From NCBI GenBank assembly GCA_000002435.2, contig CM018791.1: 64,000 nt of DNA; one strand, given 5' to 3'. Below the pieces are notes generated by a model. It did not search any database, was not told the DNA's origin, and saw nothing but the letters and a program-made list of their open reading frames with translations. Source of the stretch: Giardia intestinalis (taxonomy: Eukaryota). The first letter of the stretch is position 1, and each line of letters opens with the position of its first letter. Positions 27,901 through 37,706 of the stretch are shown piece by piece. The translations under genes were made by a program, and so were the position numbers.

Positions 27901-30900
27901 AGCTACAGATGCCAGAACACGATACGTTGGGGACACCATACTACACCAGCAAGAAAAGATCCTCCCACATTAACCATATTGATACCGAGAATACGCAGTC
28001 TGTTGCATCTGTGATCAGCCGCACTATCCCGTCGTGGAAGGTGAGCAGTGCGTGGTCCAATCCGCCAAGCGTTACGTCACAGGAGACAGAGGTGATTTCT
28101 ATGATGACAACGTTGAAGAAAAATGACATACGCTCCGTGATCACATTCGATCTCATGCTGCCGCTCTCGACCTCCACGATAACAGATCTCCCTAAGCGCT
28201 ATGCTGAGTGTATGCGGAAGTGTGACCGCGTTGTGAAAGCGGGGCTCACCAATCTTCGTGTTTCTCTTCCACAGAGCACTATTAGTTATTACTCATGTCT
28301 CAAGAAGACACCTACCACACTGACCACAGTGGGATCATCGGGCTCGTTATCATCGAATTCACAAACTGCAGCTGCAAACCTGACTCCGAAAATTCTGATG
28401 TCAAACATTTGCGACTGTACCACACCGACTCAAACACAGGCAGCTGGAGGATCGCCAACAGATAAGATAACTCGTTTGCTTCTAGACTATTCCAACAACA
28501 AGACATGGACACTGTTACTGGATGAGTTGTTCATAATACACTATAAGTACGGCTTTGCAGGGGTGGTGCTTCGTGGGATTGATTACCCGTATTTTCTATC
28601 CCAGCCTCTACTGCCATCCATTAAGCTATCTCTTCTAAGAAAACTTACCATCGACATCTGGTCGCGCGTGCCAAACTTGATCTTATTTGCATTTGCTGGT
28701 GATGCAACACATGCCTGCACTCTGATGAAGGCGGGAATAATACCTATCGTGAGGGACTACAACAAGTGCGATCTTAATGAGCTGGACAGATTTACCATCC
28801 AGGGGATGAACGAGCCCGTGAATTTGACTGCAGAAGCCATACGGCACTCCATTGTATCAGTCAGTGCTCATAACTTCAACAGATCAGCCTCTCAAGACCA
28901 ACTTGTCAATATATCGCAGAGCAATTCAAGAGATGGGCGACTAACCCCCTTCTTTAAGGAGCCATTTAGTTTTCACTCCATCTGTAGCATGTTTCTCCAC
29001 AAACCATTGTCGCTTTTCACGATAGATGATATTAATATGAAATCAGGGATTGACGTTCACCGTGCCATCGAGTCCATGCACCGCGCAAACAATACGATAT
29101 CGTTTTGCAAGGCTATACACAACACCATGGCTGCACCAGATCCGGCCTACACCAAGGAGTCATTGAAGCAGCAGAAGCCGTCTCTCTACACTCAGATGGA
29201 TTACCCTGCCATCCTTGATCTTCTTGGACAGATAACCATGGCGGAGTTTGTGCGGCACGTCTGCGTTAACGATATCAACCAGATGTGTGGTTCCGGTCTC
29301 TGCTACGGCGTATATAAGGATTCCCCATCTACGCTGACAGTGATAATCTCAAATGTAGGCAGTACACGTCCATTTCTAGTCTCCATCCCAGACATTTGCA
29401 CAATAATGGGTTGCGACCCCATGTCATTCATTCAACTAACATATAGGTATCAAGGGTCTGTGCGCACGAGTGTAGCATACAATGCAGTGTACGACGAGCC
29501 CATTCTAAATTTCAACAAGCCCCTAACAACAGACAAGACAAATAGAAAAGGGAAGAAAACTGGCAATAAGTCCACTACTCAGAGCAGCGACACATTTGAA
29601 GGAGAGTCGAAAGATGACGAACTGATGCATCCATACAGATCATACACCGCATCTCATGTAGACCTCTCCAGCATGACCATGGCCGATCTCCGCAGGACAT
29701 CCTACCTTAATGGGAGCTACGACTATTCAGTGGCCAAGTTTCAGAAGATAAAAATGTTATCAACTCATTGGAACTGCTCTATATTAACAGCAGGGGTTGT
29801 TGCATATGGTGGCGTAGTTGTTACGGCTCCCTCGTGTAGCATCTTTGCGATTAAAATTAGCTTGGTTCCAGATAGTGCCCTTCGGTTTGTACGGCCCACT
29901 AAATCAGCAGAGTCTTGCTACGACTCGGAATCCTTCGTTTGCAGCTTGCTTAATGCCTTCATGACAAGCGCTGTTTTCGCTGACAAGCAGGCAATCTCAT
30001 CTACGAGCCAGTCTTTCAAGTTACAGCCTACGCAGCATGCGTGTTCAGCACAGGATCTAGAACTGTACATCCGCGATATGTGCTGTTGCTTAACCGACAC
30101 TATTCTATGCATGTCTGACGCAGACACGATTCAAAAGTCCCAGTCGGTGATCAACGTAGTAGCACACTCCCAATTTGCAGTGCTTCTGCTTGCTGCGTCT
30201 CACCGCTTAGTATACCATGAAGGCAAGGAGGACTCGCTGATCTCTAATAGTTTATCACGGCAAACAGCAAAGCGTGGAGTCAGAAGTCTACTTCTCATGA
30301 AGTCACCCTTGGGGAAGGAAATTGTTGAAGCTAAAAGCCACACGTCTAACTTACCAAACGTTAAGAAAGGTATAGATATGATGGAGCTAATGAGGATTGT
30401 TCCAAGATATATATTAGAGCTCCTTGCAGGGGCACTTGAGGCCAATTCCCCCACCATATGGTCAATACCCATGCACGCTCTTGTCGACGGGGCTCGTTCT
30501 ATCTTGTCGTTCTTATATCCTCACATCAAGAAGTCTGCCAAGTATTCAGAAAACAGGGACTCATCTGGCCTGCTTCTTAAAAGTATTCACATACCCGACG
30601 TCATTATCATTGCATCTCGCTTAAGCAACTTTATAGCAGTCAAAGCTCTTTTTCTAGCTGAATCAGGATACTCTGTCTCCCTTTATGCGCCGCTCTATGA
30701 GACCCCGCAAGGTCAAGAGTCTATTCCGAGCCACATCCTCGGAGACATTTCATATACAGGTGAAACATATAGGAATGAGTACCTTTGGCATAATTTCGGA
30801 ATCCATTACCTGCGGAGGCGCCTGTCCATGGGTACTACTTTGGAGGTCACCCTCCTGCATAGCTTTGAGTTCTTTTACGACTCTCTTCACGACAAGAACA

Positions 30901-31712
30901 TCGCCCTAAATGATAAGGAGAAGTGTCTCAGCGAGATTGTCATAGATGAAGAGACAAACAACGTCTACTCTGTCTATAAATACAAAGAACACATTGTTTA
31001 TAACGACAGCAGTGACGACCGGTCCATAGACACACCAATTAATAATGGTGGTGGACTGGTCCCCCTCCTTGATGGAAACGAAGGACAGCAATTTGCAGAG
31101 AAGTCTCTGTTGCGTGCAAAGGTCCTTGCAGATTTTGTTAAGCACAAATACAGACTCTACGAAAATCAAACCGGAATAGCCCCTCGGATGATCATCTCTA
31201 CACCCGGCATAGGAGCAAACGCTGCACTGTCCCTGGCCATTGCATTTGGCTCACAACAGGTTCGGAGTCTTAAGTTGACAGACGGAGCCAACGAACACAG
31301 CACTTGTGACATTGACGAATCGTGCGGAGTTACATCCGAGTACACATTTATATCTCGGCCAAAGATGGTGCTTTTGATGACCCCGAACGTGCGCTCCCTT
31401 CTAGAGTATATGTATGATCTTTTGGGGGTGAAGTTTCTTGACTATGGCAAGATTTTCGACTTGATTAAGCAGTTAGGCATCCCAGACACGGGGATCTTGG
31501 ACTCTTTTCACCCTTACATTCTGTACAATTTGCGGGCCGCGGTACTGGACTTCGACGTCATATGCGGGGACTTTGATTCAATCAATGTACTCAAGAAGAC
31601 CCCGTGGATCAGCTGGGCGCTCTCCAATAAAGAAATCGTCGTGAATGACGATGAGACTGCGCTCCTGATCAAATACGTTCAGTTATTAACGGACCTCATT
31701 GAAAAGCAGTGA
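24957..31712 (+). CDS. Giant hypothetical protein of about 2251 aa
   Basis: This is a 6.8-kb uninterrupted ORF. The track starts it at a TTG at 24912. The first in-frame ATG is at 24957, giving MEATLFDPKR.... I recognised no domain. Confidence 0.7.
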   Translation: MEATLFDPKRCQGVDHDNGVFVSSSKGVSSSGKMLIPRCQLVNDAHGYDIKAADAVGEVASESALPSPKTCNLSMADFTGRGVNKDSFPFTPPSRSLSSSGVTSPVYCNPLACMSTRLSRTHLRSNPKNVKEGTMSTGNSDYTIEESSSMLAVTNEEQYTIEMDSLVNPDISCTSVYTEYDDYLGDLDDPAQLYECRPYYIPTNIRISATLCGLISNLTVDELEAQAPKLPLLFPSGCHKAKHIWGAIYQEAREVLRGTQVSSQLPPFHLLFPCLFPEPLSKPEVMELWVHIIILLHYSITHEAWFSVLTADSESPLECDTPIDDSFTGLRQLTNVERFLEWLHIESRHTSSLSRTEKHSISGLLLRNKAGSTAPSIPKASSSSQLLWFQGAQFQPCQQQLFGKFKGKTKTPLPDERLDSERASPCHTNGLVDNPGAFYFDTDLGTSLQGSYEEKCASTGAQISREPRRSTIPDHDDRSSDLYFRVFFSGIFGLKYLKPINRGDLKLLEEKYFRSIVVDGSILLLVLKARGAFTLGFSFLMTYRLQRLALSLHWEDELLLPNVEILLSSQSPAVDLDFADFSLIKQTKPVFTNRSSLNDNSVESDPVCEDVGLTVDNLSVYPISSDTSLSAKVFNSRITYAIQDVLEGGMYDVLSKLTDLDLLANRPISLISNMSKQGRSKTDNTVLRSVCQTVAIPKLICSTDLFVLERNVLPIVQNMDTDPTLVQHLIRLIETLRAPLNFETSSSPRTVQYRYAGENITLPSVPGCYLICQYLCKGHWRISITPPGQALSILPRFFGFYDYVYIKPDFTSVISNPFLSLLSKDYSREQEWHRIMIIPKLRSAMVHCAATPAAIAAVVRTLSGVQRHRQILKYLLIENLFDPILSTVESPVIGPADSGSVKLSLKKEKPGGLRMINVKSKKDMSGAESKHTSPHAEHMEMPSNLQQSLPLPLPLHPASPHQVISPRVLDNDIPEVIKTPPKLQMPEHDTLGTPYYTSKKRSSHINHIDTENTQSVASVISRTIPSWKVSSAWSNPPSVTSQETEVISMMTTLKKNDIRSVITFDLMLPLSTSTITDLPKRYAECMRKCDRVVKAGLTNLRVSLPQSTISYYSCLKKTPTTLTTVGSSGSLSSNSQTAAANLTPKILMSNICDCTTPTQTQAAGGSPTDKITRLLLDYSNNKTWTLLLDELFIIHYKYGFAGVVLRGIDYPYFLSQPLLPSIKLSLLRKLTIDIWSRVPNLILFAFAGDATHACTLMKAGIIPIVRDYNKCDLNELDRFTIQGMNEPVNLTAEAIRHSIVSVSAHNFNRSASQDQLVNISQSNSRDGRLTPFFKEPFSFHSICSMFLHKPLSLFTIDDINMKSGIDVHRAIESMHRANNTISFCKAIHNTMAAPDPAYTKESLKQQKPSLYTQMDYPAILDLLGQITMAEFVRHVCVNDINQMCGSGLCYGVYKDSPSTLTVIISNVGSTRPFLVSIPDICTIMGCDPMSFIQLTYRYQGSVRTSVAYNAVYDEPILNFNKPLTTDKTNRKGKKTGNKSTTQSSDTFEGESKDDELMHPYRSYTASHVDLSSMTMADLRRTSYLNGSYDYSVAKFQKIKMLSTHWNCSILTAGVVAYGGVVVTAPSCSIFAIKISLVPDSALRFVRPTKSAESCYDSESFVCSLLNAFMTSAVFADKQAISSTSQSFKLQPTQHACSAQDLELYIRDMCCCLTDTILCMSDADTIQKSQSVINVVAHSQFAVLLLAASHRLVYHEGKEDSLISNSLSRQTAKRGVRSLLLMKSPLGKEIVEAKSHTSNLPNVKKGIDMMELMRIVPRYILELLAGALEANSPTIWSIPMHALVDGARSILSFLYPHIKKSAKYSENRDSSGLLLKSIHIPDVIIIASRLSNFIAVKALFLAESGYSVSLYAPLYETPQGQESIPSHILGDISYTGETYRNEYLWHNFGIHYLRRRLSMGTTLEVTLLHSFEFFYDSLHDKNIALNDKEKCLSEIVIDEETNNVYSVYKYKEHIVYNDSSDDRSIDTPINNGGGLVPLLDGNEGQQFAEKSLLRAKVLADFVKHKYRLYENQTGIAPRMIISTPGIGANAALSLAIAFGSQQVRSLKLTDGANEHSTCDIDESCGVTSEYTFISRPKMVLLMTPNVRSLLEYMYDLLGVKFLDYGKIFDLIKQLGIPDTGILDSFHPYILYNLRAAVLDFDVICGDFDSINVLKKTPWISWALSNKEIVVNDDETALLIKYVQLLTDLIEKQ

Positions 31713-31815
31713 GTCATATTAATAAGTCATATCAATAAGTGAATCTTATCTCGAATAGACGGATTGACTGCTTGTGGACCTGAAATCACAAAAGGTCAGT
31801 TTTAAAGTTTAAAAA

Positions 31816-33105
31816 ATGTTTGCGGCAGACTCTCAAAACTCCCTTCTCCTAGAGCTTCTGCGCCGCGTTGATCTGCTGCAATATCAAATAGACCAGAAGA
31901 GCCAGCGCGAAGCTTATCCAGAATCTGCTGCACACCACCCGAGCCTTTTTGCATTAAGTCAGAGACCCTCGGTTCGGACCTCGTATTCTGTCGGCCCTCT
32001 GCCGAAGAGACACTCTGTTTCGATGCACGAGCCGCGAACAGAAGAGCCCTTTGAGGCTTACGACGGGTTCTTCATCCACACCGGGATCTCCTACGTTCCA
32101 TGTTATGTCTCATCGTCCAGTGGTGCTTTACTTCTTCGCTTAGCTACTGACAGTTTTGTATTCTCAGTGCCATTCTTGGCCATAACTGGTATAGCCTGTG
32201 ATGCAATTCAGCTCCCCGACACGTCTAAGCTGCTCTATATGTCACGCATAAGCTATTTGGACGAGGGCCAGAGCTTGCACAGTTACAATGCCTTAACGGT
32301 GTATTCTCCCTCCAAGAGCTTATCGGAGCAACTAGTCAACTATTTAGTACGAGAAGCCAGGCTGATGTCGCGGGATCGCATTGAGACCCATCCTGCTCAC
32401 ATGGGTCTAGACAACCTGGGCAGGGGAAGAAGCCAGTCCTATTCTCGGCCTTCTTTTAGTGGAAAACGATCCTATACAAACCCCGCATGGAAAGACGTTC
32501 CATTCCCCTATCCTGATGGGCGCGAAATGTCTCTAGGAAGCATAGCTCCCTCAAACTTCGCCTCTGGAATCAATGTTCAAGCTTCTAGCCTGAAGACGCC
32601 GGTAGAGTCTGCGCAAAAGTTTTGGCCGGAGCTTGTGGCTCGAAGACAGTCCTACATGCACGATTCATACTCTGCCTATAGCGGGAAGCAGTACGATACC
32701 GAGCGAGACATGGGATTCTACTCCTTCACAACCAATGCTAGCATGTATGACCGCCCCATTTCTCAGTCTGAGAATCTTCGCATGGCGACAGGAACGCAGG
32801 CCTCGAATCTCCTCAGCTTTGGACAGGGTTGCACTGGCGCCGCACACCTCGCCACACATTCTAGCTCGCCTAAAAGGAGCTCTCAGATGCAGTCGGACAC
32901 TGCGAGCGTTTTCCAGCAGAGCGGCTACGCGAATCCGTCGAGCCAAACCGAGCCGTCCAAGAAGCTGGACGGAATCACGGAAAAGTCCCTGAACAGCATC
33001 TGCAACGAGTACGAACGGGTGATCGAACAGCAGAACGAGCTGGTGACAAACCTCTGGGGGATCGTTGGGGAGCTCAACAGGCGCTTGAGGGAGAAGGGCG
33101 AGTAA
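31816..33105 (+). CDS. Hypothetical protein, 429 aa
   Basis: The ATG is preceded by TTTAAAGTTTAAAAAATG, a classic AT-rich initiator. The gene ends in GAGTAAAC, 3 nt from the 3' end of the antisense tRNA-Pro. Confidence 0.65.
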   Translation: MFAADSQNSLLLELLRRVDLLQYQIDQKSQREAYPESAAHHPSLFALSQRPSVRTSYSVGPLPKRHSVSMHEPRTEEPFEAYDGFFIHTGISYVPCYVSSSSGALLLRLATDSFVFSVPFLAITGIACDAIQLPDTSKLLYMSRISYLDEGQSLHSYNALTVYSPSKSLSEQLVNYLVREARLMSRDRIETHPAHMGLDNLGRGRSQSYSRPSFSGKRSYTNPAWKDVPFPYPDGREMSLGSIAPSNFASGINVQASSLKTPVESAQKFWPELVARRQSYMHDSYSAYSGKQYDTERDMGFYSFTTNASMYDRPISQSENLRMATGTQASNLLSFGQGCTGAAHLATHSSSPKRSSQMQSDTASVFQQSGYANPSSQTEPSKKLDGITEKSLNSICNEYERVIEQQNELVTNLWGIVGELNRRLREKGE

Positions 33106-33107
33106 AC
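33101..33107 (+). promoter_or_regulatory. AGTAAAC polyadenylation-signal motif overlapping the stop of the 429-aa gene and abutting the tRNA-Pro 3' end
   Basis: In GGCGAGTAAACGGG the TAA at 33103-33105 is the stop. The tRNA-Pro discriminator base is at 33109 on the opposite strand. Confidence 0.55.
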
Positions 33108-33108
33108 G

Positions 33109-33180
33109 GGGGACCACCGGGGATCGAACCCGGGACCTCTCGCACCCAAAGCGAGAATCATACCACTAGACCATGGTCCC
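33109..33180 (-). tRNA. tRNA-Pro (anticodon TGG)
   Basis: The reverse complement reads GGGACCATGGTCTAGTGGTATGATTCTCGCTTTGGGTGCGAGAGGTCCCGGGTTCGATCCCCGGTGGTCCCC. This is nearly identical to the conserved eukaryotic tRNA-Pro(UGG) that I remember. The acceptor pairs GGGACCA/TGGTCCC, the anticodon loop is CTTTGGG and the B-box is GGTTCGATCC. Confidence 0.9.
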
Positions 33181-33204
33181 ATACGCGCGGAAAAATCCAC
33201 ACAA

Positions 33205-33222
33205 TAAATATTATATGTGTGT
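33205..33222 (-). promoter_or_regulatory. TATA-like AT-rich element about 25-40 nt upstream of tRNA-Pro, a candidate Pol III upstream element
   Basis: The reverse complement of 33190-33225 reads CATATAATATTTATTGTGTGGATTTTTCCGCGCGTAT, directly 5' of the tRNA. Confidence 0.35.
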
Positions 33223-33480
33223 TTGCCTGTTCAGACGCGCGTCTCGGTCGTTTACTTTCTGCGCGCTCCCCGGCAGCGGCGGCCCGGGGGCTGCGCGCCC
33301 TCAAAGCCCGCGCTGAGCACTAGGCCCGGAAGCGACCGTCCGCGGCTCCGGACCCTGCGTCGGACTCTGCGCCGCCGTGGAGACTCTGTGCGAGATCGCG
33401 CAAGCTCGCCTGGGAGAAGCGCAGGTTCTTGGGTTTCCTCAGACGTAGAAGCGCTTCCTGCGTCGGCTGTATAGATATCG
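33217..33480. other. Second GC-rich island of about 68% GC, on the 5' side of tRNA-Pro, covering the 3' coding end of the kinase-like gene 33252..34649
   Basis: The sequence is GCGCGCTCCCCGGCAGCGGCGGCCCGGGGGCTGCGCGCCC.... It gives the spurious ORFs 33217..33474 and 33320..33553. Confidence 0.65.
33250..33256 (-). promoter_or_regulatory. AGTAAAC polyadenylation-signal motif overlapping the stop of the kinase-like gene 33252..34649
   Basis: Plus-strand CGTTTACTTTC is the reverse complement of GAAAGTAAACG, with TAA as the stop. Confidence 0.5.
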
Positions 33481-34649
33481 TTCCGCGCTTTTTCCAAGCT
33501 GTGTACACCCTTCTGTGCAGCAACGGGCTTCTCTGTTTCCACGTCGGAACCAAAGTCGAAATCTGCCTCTGCTTCTGCCACGGCGGCCAAAATAGAGTGG
33601 AACACCTCTGCAGACTGGTGACTGATCCGGTCTGTGATCTTCATGCTCTGAATATCAACGGAGGGCTTATGCTTCTCAAAGTCTCTGGCATTTGGATCTA
33701 GGTAGGTAGCCTCGTTTGCAAAGGAAACCTCGTGTGGCCGCCTGAGGAGCCGAGGATGAGGTTGAAGCATAGAATTGAGCTCAGGATAGGCTTCTCTAAC
33801 GACTGGTAGCATGGCGATCTCAAGCACTGATGGCCTGTTCGCTGGATTAAGACTCAAGCACTTCAGAAGGAGGAGCCTGATATCCGTTGGACAGCTCCTT
33901 GAGTATATACTGACGCCTCGTCGAAGCTCCCTAGGAGCAAACTGCGGAGGCTGCAATATGCAAAGAGAGTATAGTACACACCCGAGACACCAAACATCCA
34001 CTGCTTCTGTATATTCAGCGTCAGGGCCTTGGAGTTCTGGGGCAAGGAACGACGGGTATCTATTCTTTTTCCCAAACAGCGGGCGAATATAGTAAAGACC
34101 ATAGTCTGAAAGCATCACAGTTCCATGAGAGTCAAAAAGTATATTAGAAGGCGTAAGGGAACCATGCAAGAGATATGTCATTTCGCCATAGTCATCCGAG
34201 GCTCCTGTTGAACCGTAAAGCTGAAGCAACCCTGCAACAACCTGGGCAAATAGCTTCCAAATGCTCAACGGGCTGAAGGGCGTGGTGCTAGATCGGCGTT
34301 CGTACAGCAGCGTTTCCAGGCTGCCGCCTACACAATAAGGATGTGTGATTTCATAGGTTGCATGCGAGGCATAGTACTGCAGAGAAGAAATCTCTAAGAT
34401 GTTCGGCCCTGAGGCCTTGGTTATCCGCATCAATATTGCATGTACACCGGCAGCATCAAATCTCCGCAAACCTGTTACAGGATACTTCTTAATTACAATA
34501 TCGGGTAGGCCCCGGGTATTAAATTCTATGATTGCAGAACCTGCATCTAAGGTGGCGGGGGACTCCTTGTAGACCTCAGCTACGTCCTCGAGAGCGGCCA
34601 TAGAAGGAACGGTTAGCTCAGAGAAAGATAGGTCTGCACAGTAGTCCAT
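33252..34649 (-). CDS. Kinase-like protein with degenerate catalytic motifs, a probable pseudokinase; its C-terminal tail is encoded by GC-rich DNA
   Basis: The catalytic loop is LHGSLTPSNILF in place of HRDLKPxN. The DFG position reads SDYG. The activation segment and helix F are conserved: FLAPELQGPDAEYTEAVDVWCLGCVLYSLC. The gene starts at ATG 34647-34649. Confidence 0.7.
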   Translation of the reverse strand: MDYCADLSFSELTVPSMAALEDVAEVYKESPATLDAGSAIIEFNTRGLPDIVIKKYPVTGLRRFDAAGVHAILMRITKASGPNILEISSLQYYASHATYEITHPYCVGGSLETLLYERRSSTTPFSPLSIWKLFAQVVAGLLQLYGSTGASDDYGEMTYLLHGSLTPSNILFDSHGTVMLSDYGLYYIRPLFGKKNRYPSFLAPELQGPDAEYTEAVDVWCLGCVLYSLCILQPPQFAPRELRRGVSIYSRSCPTDIRLLLLKCLSLNPANRPSVLEIAMLPVVREAYPELNSMLQPHPRLLRRPHEVSFANEATYLDPNARDFEKHKPSVDIQSMKITDRISHQSAEVFHSILAAVAEAEADFDFGSDVETEKPVAAQKGVHSLEKARNDIYTADAGSASTSEETQEPALLPGELARSRTESPRRRRVRRRVRSRGRSLPGLVLSAGFEGAQPPGRRCRGARRK

Positions 34650-34802
34650 GTGGTTCTCCAGCTAGAGCTGTACGAGCTGGTTCTCTAGTGTGATTCAAGG
34701 CGCAGCCCTCCAAGGCCCTCTGTTGCTAAAAGAAATACTAAGTAAAAAGGGACATTTCACTTAAAAGTTGGTCGTTTGCTCCTGTATCGGTTTTGCAGGT
34801 GT
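34650..34802. promoter_or_regulatory. Shared divergent promoter region between two paralogous kinase-like genes
   Basis: This is a 153-bp interval between head-to-head ATGs. It contains A-rich stretches (CTAAAAGAAATACTAAGTAAAAAGGGACATTTCACTTAAAAG). Confidence 0.4.
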
Positions 34803-37706
34803 ATGTTATGCCCAGCACTGGCAGAGGAGTTCTATATAGGACGCACGCTTGGACAAGGGTCCTACGGCGCCGTCAGGGTTCTCAAAGACAAGGTTACCTC
34901 GACTGTTGTTCTGTGCAAAGAATTTAACCTTTCTGATCTCGATGATGCTGCGTTTTCCTCTCTAATGTATGACCTTTCTCTAGCATCTCATCTTGAGTAC
35001 CAGTTTTTGCTTCACTACGAACGTCTCATTATATATGATGAAGGGAGTACTCTCTTTGCTATTAGTTCGCAGATTGGGGCCTACAATCTGGCCGACTTAA
35101 TTAGCAAACACCAGTGTGCCAAAATGTCCATTCCAGAAGCATGCATTTTAACCATCCTGCGGTCGGTGGCCCAGGCCTTGGCCTTTCTTCACAAGGAAGC
35201 ACGGCCGCTCCTCTTTGCCCGAATTGGGGGTGAATACACCGAGACCCCTGTTCTGCACAATGATTTAAAGCCGAGCAACGTTCTTGTAATGAGCAATAAT
35301 CAGTTGCTGGTTACAGATTATGGCACCGCTAGGTCATATAAGTTAAAAAGATTGGCATCCACGTTTAGCAGCTCTTTGCCGTATATCGCACCCGAGATTC
35401 TGCATAAAAAAGAGCCCACAGAGGCTTCCGACGTCTGGTCTCTCGGGTGTCTTATTTACGAGCTTTGCACACTCAAAAGGTTTGTGGAGCGGGCCAACAC
35501 TGTCTCTGAAGCAAGTTCCTTTATAGCTAGTCTTAAGGACGTTACCATTCCGAAATCTTATTCAAAGCACCTTGCCAAGTTAATCAAGCACATGCTTTCT
35601 ATCAACGCAGACGACAGGCCTAGCGTCGATGACATTCTCAAAGACAAGCTGCTAGAGTCTGCCAAGCCCAGCATCCATCTGGAGCACTTGACAGGAAGCA
35701 TGACCGCCAGCTACAAGACCGCCAGCATACCCAATATAACGGCCAGACTGGACATAGAACCTTGTAATATTATCACTGCTTCTTCCTCTACCTTTGGGGA
35801 TTCCTCTCTCTATCCGTCAGGGGGCGGTGTTGATCTGTCCTCCGGGCGAGGGAGTCGCATGGGTAGCAGGTCAAGCAGCACGGCAATGGGAAGAAGAAAT
35901 GTAAAGTCAACTAAGATCACTCGGTCATTGGCTTCATCGCTAGCCTTTAACAGAAGCCTGCTGGCATCATCAGCCCGATCCCATATTGGCAGCGGAATAG
36001 ATCCTCAAGATCTCAATACTAATACTATCAGCTCTCCAAACTTTTACGCACTTGCTGATACTGATGTTGGAGAGTCTGCAACGGGATGTGCGAGCAGCGT
36101 TCATGAAACTCAGCGCACACCGAGCGCAGCAATGGCAGACTCCTCACTTGCTTATTTGCGATTGCTGAAGAAGAATGTTTGTTCAGAGGCATCTAATAGG
36201 CTCACATCTCAAAAGCCATATAGACTCCGGGGTTCTTTGGAGGGTGATAAGAACGCCGCAGAAAACACCCCTACTGGCATTGCTGGACTGTCAGCAGGTC
36301 GCTCTGTCAGCCTCCGAGCTGCAGCATCAAAGCTAAGCGACGGGCCCTACTCTACGCCTGGGCCTGATACACGGATCTCCACTCGGCTTCCGGACTCCCT
36401 ACGCCGCTCGACATCCACTCATGTCAGTCTTTACGAAAACTGTACTAAAAATGATACAGAGCGCATCACCGATTTCATTTCAGAAAGCAAGTCAAAGCTT
36501 CAACTGTTGGATAGTATCTGTCTTTCAAGGCACACGCACACATCTGTGCAGCGCACATCATCCGCTGAGTCGAGACCCAACAACCAAACCATGGCAGTAA
36601 CCCCGATCTTTAGCGCAGGCCAGAGTTTTAGTTCTCCGTCATTTACTATAGACTTGAGCCATCCAGATAACATAAGGAAGGTCGCCAATGAGTTTACAAG
36701 CTCTATGATTGAAGTTTTGGTCCCGAATCAGCAGAGTCCTAGCCCACATATATTTCTTAACGACGGCCTTCCTCCAGTGTCTCCTACCAATCTCACTGCA
36801 TCCCACGGAAACGCTCGTCAACATATTGGTAGCAGGGAGGCAATGGGATCTGGAGTTAACATTATCCTTTCTAAGCCCATTGACTCAATGATGCCGGCTA
36901 CACCTCCAAACCAAGACAAGATACCTAAATGGAGAGGCTTTTCTAGGCGCAAAGCTATTGCTAAAGATGATAACAAGGCCACCTATAGCACAAATGAGCA
37001 AATTAGCAACGTGCTGATCAGTAAGCTGGGAAATAGCTTGATAGCGAAGAAATTGCACAATGCAGATCAGAAGAAGCGGGGAAGAACTCCTCAGCATGCT
37101 ACCTCCGACCAAAAAAGTAATCATAAAGAGATCAAGTGCCTTAATTCCGGGACACAATTCGATATCATCCCCAATGCAGCTCCAGCAATGGGACCAATGC
37201 CAATGCCAAGTGTGCCTACCATAACAGCCTGTCAAAGAAGAACACCAAAGCAAAAGACGCGCCTGATGCGTAGCCGAAGCAAAAGCATAGGTGGAAAACC
37301 TCAGAACAAGCCACATGAGTACACTCCCCCTGTACCCGCGCCTCCTCGGTTGTCCCTCCCTGCAGCAGATGATAAGTACGCACTAAGCGTTTTCCTAGGA
37401 GACAATAGCAACTTCAACATCGAAAGCAGCTCCTCGTCAAATATAGTCCCAGACTTTGCCTCTACTGTGCACACTCCGAAGAAGCTGCAGGTTCCTAAGG
37501 TACCTCAAATAACAGTCCAGAGGCGAGAGAAAATCCTGCAGAATACAGCTATGCCTACTGCCCCCACGGATAGCGTTCAGCATGAAGATGGAGTTAGAAA
37601 CCTGGCTACTCCGATTAAGAAGAGGACGTTTGTGCCCAGTCCACCCCCCTTGACTAAGCCACATTTACTGGAAAAGGGACGCAATCTCTACGGGCAATCT
37701 ACTTGA
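34803..37706 (+). CDS. NEK-like protein kinase with an N-terminal kinase domain and a long Ser-rich tail
   Basis: Motifs present are LGQGSYGAV, VVLCKEF, LHNDLKPSNVLV, TDYG and YIAPEILHKKEPTEASDVWSLGCLIYELCT. The track starts the gene at a TTG at 34776. The first ATG, at 34803, gives MLCPALAEEF.... Confidence 0.8.
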   Translation: MLCPALAEEFYIGRTLGQGSYGAVRVLKDKVTSTVVLCKEFNLSDLDDAAFSSLMYDLSLASHLEYQFLLHYERLIIYDEGSTLFAISSQIGAYNLADLISKHQCAKMSIPEACILTILRSVAQALAFLHKEARPLLFARIGGEYTETPVLHNDLKPSNVLVMSNNQLLVTDYGTARSYKLKRLASTFSSSLPYIAPEILHKKEPTEASDVWSLGCLIYELCTLKRFVERANTVSEASSFIASLKDVTIPKSYSKHLAKLIKHMLSINADDRPSVDDILKDKLLESAKPSIHLEHLTGSMTASYKTASIPNITARLDIEPCNIITASSSTFGDSSLYPSGGGVDLSSGRGSRMGSRSSSTAMGRRNVKSTKITRSLASSLAFNRSLLASSARSHIGSGIDPQDLNTNTISSPNFYALADTDVGESATGCASSVHETQRTPSAAMADSSLAYLRLLKKNVCSEASNRLTSQKPYRLRGSLEGDKNAAENTPTGIAGLSAGRSVSLRAAASKLSDGPYSTPGPDTRISTRLPDSLRRSTSTHVSLYENCTKNDTERITDFISESKSKLQLLDSICLSRHTHTSVQRTSSAESRPNNQTMAVTPIFSAGQSFSSPSFTIDLSHPDNIRKVANEFTSSMIEVLVPNQQSPSPHIFLNDGLPPVSPTNLTASHGNARQHIGSREAMGSGVNIILSKPIDSMMPATPPNQDKIPKWRGFSRRKAIAKDDNKATYSTNEQISNVLISKLGNSLIAKKLHNADQKKRGRTPQHATSDQKSNHKEIKCLNSGTQFDIIPNAAPAMGPMPMPSVPTITACQRRTPKQKTRLMRSRSKSIGGKPQNKPHEYTPPVPAPPRLSLPAADDKYALSVFLGDNSNFNIESSSSSNIVPDFASTVHTPKKLQVPKVPQITVQRREKILQNTAMPTAPTDSVQHEDGVRNLATPIKKRTFVPSPPPLTKPHLLEKGRNLYGQST

